Source: an uncultured Nonlabens sp.
GTDB taxonomy: Bacteria; Bacteroidota; Bacteroidia; Flavobacteriales; Flavobacteriaceae
Direction of reading: 5' to 3'
DNA length: 64,000 nucleotides
Assembly: GCF_947495285.1 (NCBI RefSeq)
Contig: NZ_CANLXZ010000013.1
Coordinates: 29,741-93,740, forward strand
Shown piece by piece: positions 9,975-21,691 of the stretch (position 1 is the stretch's first letter; every line of letters begins with the position of its first letter). Below the pieces are notes generated by a model. It was not told the DNA's origin. It worked only from the letters and a program-made list of their open reading frames with translations, and ran no database searches. The translations under genes were made by a program, and so were the position numbers.

Positions 9975-10826
9975 ATGACTTTAAATCAATTCAAGACTCT
10001 TTATCAAGAGCAGCTCGCTCCTTTATATCCAGAAAATGAAATTCATAGTATTTTACAAATAGTCTGTGAAGATTTATTGAACTGGTCTCGATCTGACTTT
10101 TTAATTAATGATAGAGAAGAGATGAGTCATCTACAAGAAGAGATTCTCCATAAATCTTTAAGAGAATTATGCACTTCAAAGCCAGTTCAATACATTACCG
10201 GTAAAGCTCATTTTTACGGACATGAATTTGTTGTGAATCCATTTACTTTGATACCGCGACAAGAAACTGAAGAACTAGTTCATATGATTATCGAGAATCA
10301 TAAAAAGGATACTTACCTCAACTTGATTGATATAGGTACGGGAACCGGTTGTATAGGTCTGTCTCTTAAGGCTGCTATGCCTAGTTGTAGTATGACCTTG
10401 ATGGATGTTTCTAGTGAGGCACTAGAAACAGCACAAGCTAATGCTGCTCGACTTAAAACACCTGTAAAATCTTTACAACAAGATGTATTGAGTCTAGATA
10501 AACTGCCAGAACAGTATGATGTTATAGTGAGCAATCCACCATATGTAAGGAATTTAGAAAAGCAAGAAATTCATGATAATGTCCTAGAAAATGAGCCGCA
10601 TCTGGCTTTATTTGTAGAAGATCATGATGCTTTGATTTTTTACCGTAAAATATTAGAACTAGCTCAAAAATCTTTAAAAAAAGACGGTGTTCTTTATTTT
10701 GAAATTAATCAGTACCTGCCAGAAGAGATGAAGAGTCTAGCGACAGAGTTAGGTTTTGAATCTCAAGTATATAAAGATTTAAACGGTAATTATAGAATGA
10801 TGAAGGCTCAAAAAATAGAGCTTTAA
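9975..10826 (+). CDS. prmC: Release-factor glutamine methyltransferase
   Basis: LIPRQETEEL, DIGTGTGCI and NPPY motifs. Confidence 0.96.
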   Translation: MTLNQFKTLYQEQLAPLYPENEIHSILQIVCEDLLNWSRSDFLINDREEMSHLQEEILHKSLRELCTSKPVQYITGKAHFYGHEFVVNPFTLIPRQETEELVHMIIENHKKDTYLNLIDIGTGTGCIGLSLKAAMPSCSMTLMDVSSEALETAQANAARLKTPVKSLQQDVLSLDKLPEQYDVIVSNPPYVRNLEKQEIHDNVLENEPHLALFVEDHDALIFYRKILELAQKSLKKDGVLYFEINQYLPEEMKSLATELGFESQVYKDLNGNYRMMKAQKIEL

Positions 10827-10916
10827 GAATGAAATAAATTGTTGATATAGTCCCAAAATAGTGTTGATATCAAACTGTAAAGAATTAATAAATAAGCGGC
10901 CCTTTTTGTATTTTAG

Positions 10917-13010
<2,094 letters not shown>

Positions 13011-13051
13011 TTTCTGTTTGATGATTTAAAGAACTCTTTTTGTTTTAATTC

Positions 13052-13067
13052 CGCTTTCGCGAAAGCG
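13052..13067. repeat. 16-bp palindrome, exact, intergenic between ligA and the spondin gene
   Basis: Read directly; the stem extends to AATTCCGC...GCGGGATT. Confidence 0.97.
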
Positions 13068-13090
13068 GGATTCATCATGCCATTTACCAT

Positions 13091-13122
13091 AAAAAAAAGA
13101 CGCTCCATCACAGAGCGCCTTT
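13091..13122 (-). terminator. Intrinsic terminator for the spondin-domain gene
   Basis: AGACGCTC/GAGCGCCT stem; the single mismatch is a G-U pair only on the minus strand, where a U8 tract follows. Confidence 0.7.
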
Positions 13123-13144
13123 ACATACTAACTAATTAACTAAA

Positions 13145-13164
13145 ACTTACTTACTTACTTACTT
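13145..13164. repeat. (ACTT)5 microsatellite just after the spondin stop codon
   Basis: acttacttacttacttactt read directly. Confidence 0.85.
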
Positions 13165-13168
13165 GCTT

Positions 13169-14533
13169 TTAGTTTACTAATTCAACAGAAACTTCTATTA
13201 AATTATATCCACCTCTTTCTTCTCTATGTTGAGTTACACCAGCTGTAGAGCTTATAACTCCTTTGCCGAATTGTACATCTTCTAATGATGTTACTCTTCT
13301 AACATTTGTATTAGAATCAGCGGCTACTGGGTTGTTACCTCTCATAGGTTGTCCGTTACCTAATCCTACGATTTCATCTACTTCAGTACCTGAGTCATAT
13401 AAGTAGTTTTTGTTTACATCAAAGGATACTTTAGGGCTACCATCTGCATTATATAGTTCAATACCAGCCTGGTTGTTAGAAATAAACCAGTCATTTGAAG
13501 ACACCAACATAGTTGCAAAGTTTAAACGTTGTCCTTGTGTTGCTTCAATTTCAAAAGAGAAACTTTCTCCTGGAGCTAACGGTGCAGTGCTACGTTGTGC
13601 TGTTATATTTTCCATAGCGTTTAAATAATCAAAAGCTATTTGAGAATTACCATCTTCGGCAAGCTCTTCTAGACCATTTACAGCATTAATAGGTTGATTG
13701 TTTGTGAATAATGGAGTTTGCTCACCATTGTGAACATAAGCCACTGCTGGAGATAATACAGACATAGAAGATGATAATCTTAATGGTGCACCTGCCGTTC
13801 CTGCTTCAGTAAACCAGTCGTATACTGCTGCTGGAGAACCATCTTCTGCTAGACTTTCAAGCCCATTGTTTTTAAGTGGTTGTCCATTTGTAAATAAGGC
13901 ATTATCTAAAGTATGTACTACAAGAATCCCTGGTGTTACAAATCCAGGATTGTGTAAGGATTCTCTATTTGCCTTTGTTATAGTTAGAGTGAACTCTCTA
14001 GCAGTAGTATCATAATCTAAACGTGCTGATAGGTATTGTAAGATGTTACGTCCAGTATTCCTAACCGTATCATCATCATCTGCTGGTCCAGTATTAGGAG
14101 CTGCTTGATTAGGTGCAGTGTTAACCGTGTTAGGGAAATCGGTTAAGAAGGCTTCATCTTCTTCACTTCCTGCATCCCAAACTATAATACGGTCAGAAAT
14201 ATCACCTGTGAGTGGAGTAGTTCCATCCCATAACTCAATACCCCTGCTGCTAGGAGCAAAAAACCAGTCGTTACTTTGTGCAAACATATTTGCAAAGCTT
14301 AGGTAAGTTCCTTGTGTTGCTTTAAAAGTAGTGGTAAATTGTTGTCCAGTTGCGGTGAGTGGAGCGTTTCCTATTTTCTTTACACTTACATAATTGATGG
14401 CGTTACGTAATGTTAATCTAAATGTGTTTTTAGCTACTTCTGGAGTGGTTTCTTGTTCGTTACTATCATCTGAAGAGCAAGAAGCTAAGATTGCTATTAC
14501 AGCTACTGAAAGGGTTAAAATTGTCTTTTTCAT
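13169..14533 (-). CDS. Spondin_N-domain lipoprotein (two spondin-like repeats)
   Basis: Lipobox LASC; duplicated FA(N/T)M..xSNDWF, YD(A/S)G(S/T)E.DE and LE.LAEDG motifs. Confidence 0.75.
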   Translation of the reverse strand: MKKTILTLSVAVIAILASCSSDDSNEQETTPEVAKNTFRLTLRNAINYVSVKKIGNAPLTATGQQFTTTFKATQGTYLSFANMFAQSNDWFFAPSSRGIELWDGTTPLTGDISDRIIVWDAGSEEDEAFLTDFPNTVNTAPNQAAPNTGPADDDDTVRNTGRNILQYLSARLDYDTTAREFTLTITKANRESLHNPGFVTPGILVVHTLDNALFTNGQPLKNNGLESLAEDGSPAAVYDWFTEAGTAGAPLRLSSSMSVLSPAVAYVHNGEQTPLFTNNQPINAVNGLEELAEDGNSQIAFDYLNAMENITAQRSTAPLAPGESFSFEIEATQGQRLNFATMLVSSNDWFISNNQAGIELYNADGSPKVSFDVNKNYLYDSGTEVDEIVGLGNGQPMRGNNPVAADSNTNVRRVTSLEDVQFGKGVISSTAGVTQHREERGGYNLIEVSVELVN

Positions 14534-14721
14534 TTTTAATTATTTAAATTGTTATATTATTTGTTGTTGTTAGACAGTGCAAATATGTGGGTGTTTTAAG
14601 GATAGAAAAACTTTTTATGAGTGATAGGGAAATACAGCCGCTGAAAATGAAAAGATTAAATATAGTTTTAAAACACCTGTAAATCAGTGTTTTAAATAAT
14701 TTTAAAGTTTTTTTTTACTCC

Positions 14722-14751
14722 TAAAAGTGAAAGAATCGCTTTAAAAGTGAA
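14722..14751. promoter_or_regulatory. 10-bp direct repeat TAAAAGTGAA x2 (period 20 bp), candidate LytTR-type operator
   Basis: Exact repeat at 14722-14731 and 14742-14751 upstream of the spondin gene; the function is inferred. Confidence 0.3.
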
Positions 14752-15293
14752 TACAGGAGTCTGATTTTAAAATGGAGATTTTTTTTAAAATGAAATTATC
14801 TTATGTGTAAAATTACCAGATAAGACATCGAGTAAGTGGAAGCATTGCTGCACCATGATGATAAAAGAAAATTTGCCAGTTCGAGCGAGAGTCGAGAACG
14901 TTTACCTAGCGCACCTGATGATCTTCACTATAAAAACCTCTCACTTGTTCTAAATGAAATACACTTGCAACATTAACATAGTAAGTTGTACTCTTATTTT
15001 GAATTTTATATTTCCTGCTCTTCTATTAAAAATATAAAATGCAGACAGTATGCCTAATGTGTTTGAATTTTACTGTGTATGGACTTATTAAAATTGATAT
15101 GAACTTACTCGAGACGGTACTCATTGCAAGCGAGCACTAGCTTCATAAACGGGCGCTAGCTGGTATGGAAATATAGATGGATGAAGTCCCACTTACAGTA
15201 GTGTAAATAAGAGGTGCAAGACAAAGGATAGAGACTAATAGTTCTAGGCTATTACATATAAACTAATAAATCAGGAAGTTTTTATAAATAAAC

Positions 15294-16160
15294 CTAGAGT
15301 TGAAAAGTATAAGTAGCTCTAAACCCAAAGGTCATATTTCTATTTCTCACGTTAAACTCCAGTTGATTACTGGTAATAAACAGATCTTCAGAATACGGCC
15401 TGCTATTAGTAAGCATAAATTGTAATAAAAGGTCACTTACTTCCCAATTTGCTCCTAAAGAAAAAGCGTCAAAAGTCTCCATAGATTCTAATGGATTAAT
15501 TTGATAGAAATATTCTGAGAATAATTCAAAATGTGATGATAATTTATACCTGCCACTCACTCCTATGGCAAACTGATTTGTAGGGTCTACTTTAAATCTA
15601 TTAGAACCTCTATGAATAAAAGTAGGGCTTAATTGAGCGGTAAATTTATCATTCCATTTATGCGCAACTAACAGTTGACTAGTGTAAGCTAGTTTTTCTC
15701 TAAAACTTCCTCTTGTAGTTGTGATATCAAAAAACTCTGATTTGTAATTCAAGGTTTGTACAAAAGTAAAACTTAACGGCAGTTTATCATTATTGCGTTG
15801 TCTTTTTAGTCTATATTTTCCAAAGACATTTGCAGCCGTCATTAAAGTACTGATAGAAGAACCTACCGTTAAATTATCTGTAAAAGCATAATCAAGAGCA
15901 AATGTGGTACATATTTGATCTACTAAAAAGCCTCTACTTTCCTCGTCAGGTGTATTCCAGTATCGCTGGCCTATAGATAGTTCAAATGTGTTACGATCTC
16001 TAGTCTCTATAGAATGACCTAGACCTATGCGAGTGCCTTTAAATGAAAGCGTTACCGCAGTAGTGTCAATTTGCTGTGATGTTAAAACATCTAATAAGCT
16101 TTGTGCATTTCCCAATTGAAAGAAAAAGAAAAAGACAATTAATCCTAGGCTATTTTTCAT
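15294..16160 (-). CDS. Outer-membrane beta-barrel protein (DUF5777-like)
   Basis: Signal peptide, alternating aromatic beta strands, C-terminal YTFQL; typical YceI neighbour. Confidence 0.62.
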   Translation of the reverse strand: MKNSLGLIVFFFFFQLGNAQSLLDVLTSQQIDTTAVTLSFKGTRIGLGHSIETRDRNTFELSIGQRYWNTPDEESRGFLVDQICTTFALDYAFTDNLTVGSSISTLMTAANVFGKYRLKRQRNNDKLPLSFTFVQTLNYKSEFFDITTTRGSFREKLAYTSQLLVAHKWNDKFTAQLSPTFIHRGSNRFKVDPTNQFAIGVSGRYKLSSHFELFSEYFYQINPLESMETFDAFSLGANWEVSDLLLQFMLTNSRPYSEDLFITSNQLEFNVRNRNMTFGFRATYTFQL

Positions 16161-16701
16161 TTAGTGAATGTATTAGATTAAAAGAAGCTTTGATATTGTC
16201 TGCTATATTAGGTCTTAAAATAGGTGGAATGTTAATTTTATAATCTTCTACCTTAAGCTTTGTTTCACCACTTATGGTAATGTTATCATTTATTTTAGAA
16301 ATTTGAGCTTTAATTTCTAAAGGTTTTGAGATTCCTCTCATCGTAAAATCTCCTTTAATAATTCTAGTCTGTATTCCATCAAAGTTTTTATCATAATCAA
16401 TAATCCTACCGTTAAATGTGGCTTTAGGGTATAAATCAGACTCCATGTAACTTTCATTAAAGTGCGATTGCATCAAGGATTTTTTAAATTCAAATGCCTT
16501 CATTAGAATGGATACCGCAATTTCATTTGTTTCTATATCAACAATGCTGTAAACCGTATTGTTTGATGCCTGAATATTTTCAACTGTTGTATATGAGAAA
16601 AAAGTGACTTGACCTTGCTTTGTGATAAATTGCTTTTTAAGGTTGTCATCTTTTGTGCTGTTAAACAGCAATAGTATAAATAGGATAGAATATTTAATCA
16701 T
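16150..16701 (-). CDS. YceI family lipid/polyisoprenoid-binding protein
   Basis: FKKSLMQSHFNESYMESDLYPKATF and GDFTMRGISK motifs. Confidence 0.87.
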   Translation of the reverse strand: MIKYSILFILLLFNSTKDDNLKKQFITKQGQVTFFSYTTVENIQASNNTVYSIVDIETNEIAVSILMKAFEFKKSLMQSHFNESYMESDLYPKATFNGRIIDYDKNFDGIQTRIIKGDFTMRGISKPLEIKAQISKINDNITISGETKLKVEDYKINIPPILRPNIADNIKASFNLIHSLNEK

Positions 16702-17080
16702 AGGTATGATCTAATAGCTCGCAATTTAAAAGAATTAAATCAGATAATTTACCTTTATATATGCCGCGTATTTTTACTCGGTCATTAATTTCTATTTTTT
16801 TTGTTTTTACTATTTGATTTTCATTGAGTTGACATAATATATTTTTTTCATTTCTACCTTCTAGTAACAGCGCGTATTTGCTGTTTGTAGAGAGTTTTTC
16901 TTTTACTGTACCATAAACAATAATAGACTTATCTATTAAAGAATCATGCACGGTTGCTTTATCTACTAGTTCATTTGACATTAATACAACGTCCTCATTA
17001 ATGTTGTTATGATTATATGCTATAATAGCAACCATTACTACAATTAAGGTGATACTTATAAATTTAACTTTCATGTTCAT
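16694..17080 (-). CDS. Membrane-anchored OB-fold protein (tRNA_anti-like)
   Basis: N-terminal TM anchor followed by IIVYGTV...ILCQL...VKIRGIYKG...LLNC OB pattern. Confidence 0.6.
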   Translation of the reverse strand: MNMKVKFISITLIVVMVAIIAYNHNNINEDVVLMSNELVDKATVHDSLIDKSIIVYGTVKEKLSTNSKYALLLEGRNEKNILCQLNENQIVKTKKIEINDRVKIRGIYKGKLSDLILLNCELLDHTYD

Positions 17081-17266
17081 TATAATTACTTTATAAAAAT
17101 CATATCTGTAACTGTAAAAATAGGAGGGTTTTGTATTTTTCTAAAAATTAATACTTTTTAAAGTAGTTTAAAAGATCTAAAGGGAGAATCTATTTTTAAA
17201 AATGATTTTTAGGTAATTGAGATAGAAGTACAATTGCTTTTATATCTTTATAATTTTAATTAATTT

Positions 17267-18409
17267 ATGTTTCTCACACCGTATAAAAAAATAGGTATTA
17301 TAAATATAGCTATTGCATTCATTGTATATATAATAGCGATTTTTTATTTGACTAAGCAAGAGATGATTACTGCTCTAGATGCACAATTGTATCAAACAGA
17401 AAATACTAATGCGCATATTTCCTTAATAATAAGTGATATAGTTGTAAACAATGTGTCTCCTTCACAAATACAACAATCATTACAGAAGGCCTTATCTCAA
17501 ACATCTCATGAATATACATATCTAACCGTTTTTAATTGGTCTGGTAAAATTATTGCTCATCCAGACGCGGTAAAACTAGATGATGATGTGGATTATTATG
17601 ACGCATCCATTTTAAAAAAAGATGATTCTTTCTCCATAGAAAAAATATATAGTGACCTTGGTAACTACAAAGAAGATCAGGTTATTAATATTTCATCTGT
17701 GATAAACACAGACTGGATTATAGCGACGCATATTAAGGTAAAAGCACTGCAAGAATTAGAAAATGACATCTTGTTTAAAAATATTATACTCTTTTTAATC
17801 ATTGGTTTGATATTTACGATGTTAACATTGTTAAGTTTAAGATATTTAAAATCCATATTTGAAAAAGAACTAGAAGAACGACAGTCTGAGATTTCTACAG
17901 GTGTTTCTAACATTGCTTCACTCAATAAAAACCTAGAACTACACCAAGAGAGTCTACTACAGGAACTTGATAAAGTTAAAAAAGGAATGAAAGTTAATAT
18001 TGCACCGCAATCACTAGAACCTAAAGCAACAATGGGTACATATCAAACAGAAAGCCTGGATACTGATAATTATAAATCTCGTGTATTAACCTATGTACGT
18101 AATGAACTAGTTTCTCTGGCTAGTGAAGATATCGCGGTTATATATGTCGATAATACAATAACTTATTTCTTAAGTTTTAACGGTAAGAAATCAACTTCTA
18201 ATGAGAGCCTAGACACTATTTATACTTCCTTGAATCCTAAAATATTTTTTAAAGCAAATAGACAATTTATAGTCTCCATAACAGCTATAGAAAAGATATC
18301 TAAATACGGTAACAGTCAACTTAAATTAAAAACAAAACCAGAATTAGAACACGAAATTATTGTAGGAAAAAATAAAGCAGCTTCCTTTAAAAAATGGCTT
18401 AATATTTAA
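17267..18409 (+). CDS. Membrane-bound one-component regulator: TM-Cache-like-TM-coiled coil-LytTR
   Basis: Two TM helices flank YLTVFNWSGKIIAHPD (Cache hallmark); C-terminal FFKANRQFIV...GKNKAASFKKWL LytTR domain; no receiver domain. Confidence 0.8.
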   Translation: MFLTPYKKIGIINIAIAFIVYIIAIFYLTKQEMITALDAQLYQTENTNAHISLIISDIVVNNVSPSQIQQSLQKALSQTSHEYTYLTVFNWSGKIIAHPDAVKLDDDVDYYDASILKKDDSFSIEKIYSDLGNYKEDQVINISSVINTDWIIATHIKVKALQELENDILFKNIILFLIIGLIFTMLTLLSLRYLKSIFEKELEERQSEISTGVSNIASLNKNLELHQESLLQELDKVKKGMKVNIAPQSLEPKATMGTYQTESLDTDNYKSRVLTYVRNELVSLASEDIAVIYVDNTITYFLSFNGKKSTSNESLDTIYTSLNPKIFFKANRQFIVSITAIEKISKYGNSQLKLKTKPELEHEIIVGKNKAASFKKWLNI

Positions 18410-18481
18410 ATTTTACACAATACTGGCTTAGTCTATATTATTAATAAAAATTGTGATTATCAAAGTGATTTTATCGTGTTC

Positions 18482-18497
18482 CGCTTTCGCGAAAGCG
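18482..18497. repeat. 16-bp palindrome, exact, intergenic downstream of the LytTR gene
   Basis: Read directly (TTCCGCTTTCGCGAAAGCGCAA). Confidence 0.97.
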
Positions 18498-19239
18498 CAA
18501 TCATTTAAATCCATTATCATCCCAGATGATATCATGTTAATTTAATGGGCACTTAGATATCTTTTCACCACTTTTTTTAGAAAATAATATTTTTTTTATG
18601 TAAACAAATATATCGCGTCTGGTATCGATGCCAGAATAGTTAAATTACCATTTCTGTTCTTTTTTCCTTTTTTTCAAAATCACAATAGGCTAAATATGTA
18701 TACGAATTATGATGAGTATTTGAAGTGATGGTTATTAACGATTATGTTAGTAAAGTCCCGTCTTATGATGAAGTGTTTGATACTACTGCTGCTATCGGTC
18801 TTTTTAATGATTTAAAATGGAGTAACTATTATCCAATATGAGAGTTGAAAATAAGGTTTTACGTAAATCCATAAAAAAAAAGGCAACTTAGTATTTCATA
18901 AATTAACCTTTCTAATAAAGAGTCTGTTTTTATCTATAAGAATTTGATAAATGAATATTATCAATGCTTATAGGGTAGATGTAATAATATCTAAACTAGC
19001 TTATAATACGTACCATATTCTAAGGAATTAAGTCTACCGACCATGCCTATTGCAAATGGTCGTGGCATAAGCTGTGGTGGCGATAGAATTTTTACACTCT
19101 ACCTTAAAATTAAGTTTAGATTATAAACTGCTGGAAACTGATATTGCCCGCGTAAATAGTTTTTTTTAGAAAATTCCTTAAATCGCATTTTCCTATAGGG
19201 CTGTTTTTATTGAAAATGGGGTTAAAAATTATTAATGAG

Positions 19240-20523
19240 TTAACTTACCTCTTCTCCGTGCTGGCTTGCGTCTAGACCTCGCTCTTCTTGATCGTCTCTT
19301 ACTCTTATAGGAATTAATAGATCTACAATTTTGTAAAGTGCAAGACTACCAAAAAAGGTAAAAATAGAAACACCTATTAATGCGATAACATGCCACATAA
19401 TGGTATGGGTTGCACCATTTACAAGTCCTACTTCTTTTGCAAATACAGCGGTAAGAATCATTCCTACTATCCCTCCAACACCGTGACTGGGAAAAACGTC
19501 TAGTGTATCATCTATTCCTGTTTTAGAAAACCAGGTAATAGCTAGATTACTGGTTATAGCAGCAAAGAATCCTATAAAAATACTTTGTGATATGGTCACA
19601 AATCCTGCTGCAGGAGTAATAGCGACTAGTCCAACTATGGCGCCTATACATGCTCCCACGGCACTCATCTTGCGATTACTGAATCTTTCATAAAACATCC
19701 AGGTAATCATAGCTGTTGCACTAGCAATATTAGTGTTTGCAAAGGCGATAACAGCATCTGCATTTGCAGCTAGTGCACTACCTGCATTAAAGCCGAACCA
19801 ACCAAACCATAGCAAGCCTGTTCCTAAGATAATGTATGGAACGTTTGCTGGATCGTGTGTTATTTTTTTACGTTTTCCTAGATATACAGCACCTGCTAGG
19901 GCAGCAAATCCTGCACTCATATGAACCACAGTTCCACCTGCAAAATCTAGAACACCTAAATTGCGCAGTAAACCGTCTGGGTGCCAGGTCATGTGGGCTA
20001 GCGGTGTATATATAAATATGGTAAATAGAACCATAAATAAAATATAGCTTCTAAATCGCACACGCTCTGCAAAACTACCTGTAATGAGTGCTGGTGTTAT
20101 GATTGCAAATTTGAGCTGGAATAAGGCAAAAACTAAAAATGGTACTGTTGCTGCAAAGTCTGGATTAGGAGCGAGGCCTACGTTTCTAAAATTGAAAAAA
20201 GTCATAGGGTTTCCAATAATTCCGTGCCAGCTTTCTCCAAAGGCTAGAGAAAACCCTACAAGTACCCATATGATACTCACCACACCTAAAGCTACAAAAC
20301 TTTGTAACATAGTAGAAATCATAGATTTTTTGTTCACCATACCACCATAGAAAAAGGCTAGACCTGGCGTCATTAATAAAACAAATGCCGATGCGATTAA
20401 CATCCACGCAGTATCACCGCTATCTATAGCGCTCATGTCTCCGTTTTCAGTATAAGGACTACTGAAGAATAAACTGATTAGTACTAATACTGCAAGAACT
20501 ATAAAGTTGACCTTTTTACCCAT
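19240..20523 (-). CDS. amt: Ammonium transporter
   Basis: MTPGLAFFYGG, DFAGGTVVH and LLWFGWFGFNAGS motifs. Confidence 0.97.
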   Translation of the reverse strand: MGKKVNFIVLAVLVLISLFFSSPYTENGDMSAIDSGDTAWMLIASAFVLLMTPGLAFFYGGMVNKKSMISTMLQSFVALGVVSIIWVLVGFSLAFGESWHGIIGNPMTFFNFRNVGLAPNPDFAATVPFLVFALFQLKFAIITPALITGSFAERVRFRSYILFMVLFTIFIYTPLAHMTWHPDGLLRNLGVLDFAGGTVVHMSAGFAALAGAVYLGKRKKITHDPANVPYIILGTGLLWFGWFGFNAGSALAANADAVIAFANTNIASATAMITWMFYERFSNRKMSAVGACIGAIVGLVAITPAAGFVTISQSIFIGFFAAITSNLAITWFSKTGIDDTLDVFPSHGVGGIVGMILTAVFAKEVGLVNGATHTIMWHVIALIGVSIFTFFGSLALYKIVDLLIPIRVRDDQEERGLDASQHGEEVS

Positions 20524-20549
20524 TTTGAAATCGTTTGCTTATTTTTTTT

Positions 20550-20557
20550 CAAATATA
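20550..20557 (-). promoter_or_regulatory. Bacteroidetes -7 promoter element (TATATTTG) of amt
   Basis: Exact TAnnTTTG, 26 nt upstream of the ATG. Confidence 0.6.
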
Positions 20558-20748
20558 GGGTATAGCTCTTAAATATTGTGTTTAAATATGGAAAAGCCCT
20601 GTTTAAAATAGGGTATAATTTTTTATGGATAGTTTTTAAGGTGGTAATTTAATGTTTTTGCTGGGGTAGAATGTGAATATATTAGTTTCTGGTAATTTAA
20701 CGATTGCTCTGTTTTTATTTCCTTATTTGATATTTATAAAAACTTGGG

Positions 20749-21675
20749 TTACACGTCATAAACAACATCTACACCTTTATCTATTTTTCCTTCTTTTAAG
20801 TAAAAATCAATGCGACCTAGGTTAATACCATAACAGCCTACTTGATTTACCATTACGTCTTTTCCTATTGCATTTTTTACAATTTCAGGTGCGTCTAAGA
20901 ATGTGTGTGTATGACCACCTATAATTAAATCTATTCCAGATGTAGCTGCAGCAAGAGCAAGGTCAGACACTTTATCACCGCGGTAAGAGTAACCTAAGTG
21001 CGACATGCAAATTACGAGATCACAATTATCTTCTTCTCTTAATAATCTAGCTTGGTCCTTTGCAGTTTCTATAGGGTCGTTATAGATCGTTTCTTTATAC
21101 ATTTTTGGATCTACTAGTCCTTGTAACTGTATCCCCACGCCGAATAATCCTATACGCACGCCATCCTTTATAACCACCTTTCTCGATTTAATATGACCGT
21201 CCATTATGGTGTTAGAAAAATCATAGTTAGAAATCACAAAGTCAAAAGAAGCATTAGGCAGTTGTTTGAATAGTCCATCGATACTGTTGTCAAAATCGTG
21301 ATTACCTATAGTAGCGGCATCATAGCCCATCATAGTCATTAGTTTTATCTCTAATTCTCCACCATAAAAATTAAAATAGGGCGTTCCTTGAAAAATGTCA
21401 CCACAGTCTAGAAGTAGGGTGTTAGGATTTTCTTCTCTAACTGTGTTAATTAAAGCTGCTCTACGGGCTACACCGCCACGACCATCGTTACGGCCGCCAG
21501 AGATAGGTTCTATATGAGAGTGAGTGTCGTTAGTATGTAGTATGGTTATTTTTTTAGTGCCCATTTCTAATTCTGGACCTGTAAAAATACCATTTGCAAG
21601 AGCATAATTAGACCATAAAGCCGTTCCTGCTAGAATCCCTGTGCTCGTATTGCGTATAAATTTTCTTCTTTTCAT
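20749..21675 (-). CDS. 5'-nucleotidase N-terminal metallophosphoesterase half, Tat-exported
   Basis: HTNDTHS, DCGD, GNHDFD and GGHTH motifs; twin-arginine leader MKRRKFIR. Confidence 0.9.
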   Translation of the reverse strand: MKRRKFIRNTSTGILAGTALWSNYALANGIFTGPELEMGTKKITILHTNDTHSHIEPISGGRNDGRGGVARRAALINTVREENPNTLLLDCGDIFQGTPYFNFYGGELEIKLMTMMGYDAATIGNHDFDNSIDGLFKQLPNASFDFVISNYDFSNTIMDGHIKSRKVVIKDGVRIGLFGVGIQLQGLVDPKMYKETIYNDPIETAKDQARLLREEDNCDLVICMSHLGYSYRGDKVSDLALAAATSGIDLIIGGHTHTFLDAPEIVKNAIGKDVMVNQVGCYGINLGRIDFYLKEGKIDKGVDVVYDV

Positions 21676-21691
21676 TTTATTTAGGCTAAAA

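Noticed and set aside
14737-14749. CGCTTTAAAAGTG as a centre-deleted palindrome copy
   Set aside because: It lacks the CGCG core, has a mismatched arm and overlaps the TAAAAGTGAA direct repeat; not counted.
18696-18841. Small ORFs MYTNYDEYLK* / MVINDYVSKVPSYDEVFD... and minus-strand frames in 18970-19190
   Set aside because: They are short, have no recognisable motif, and lie in AT-rich spacer DNA, so they cannot be told from noise.
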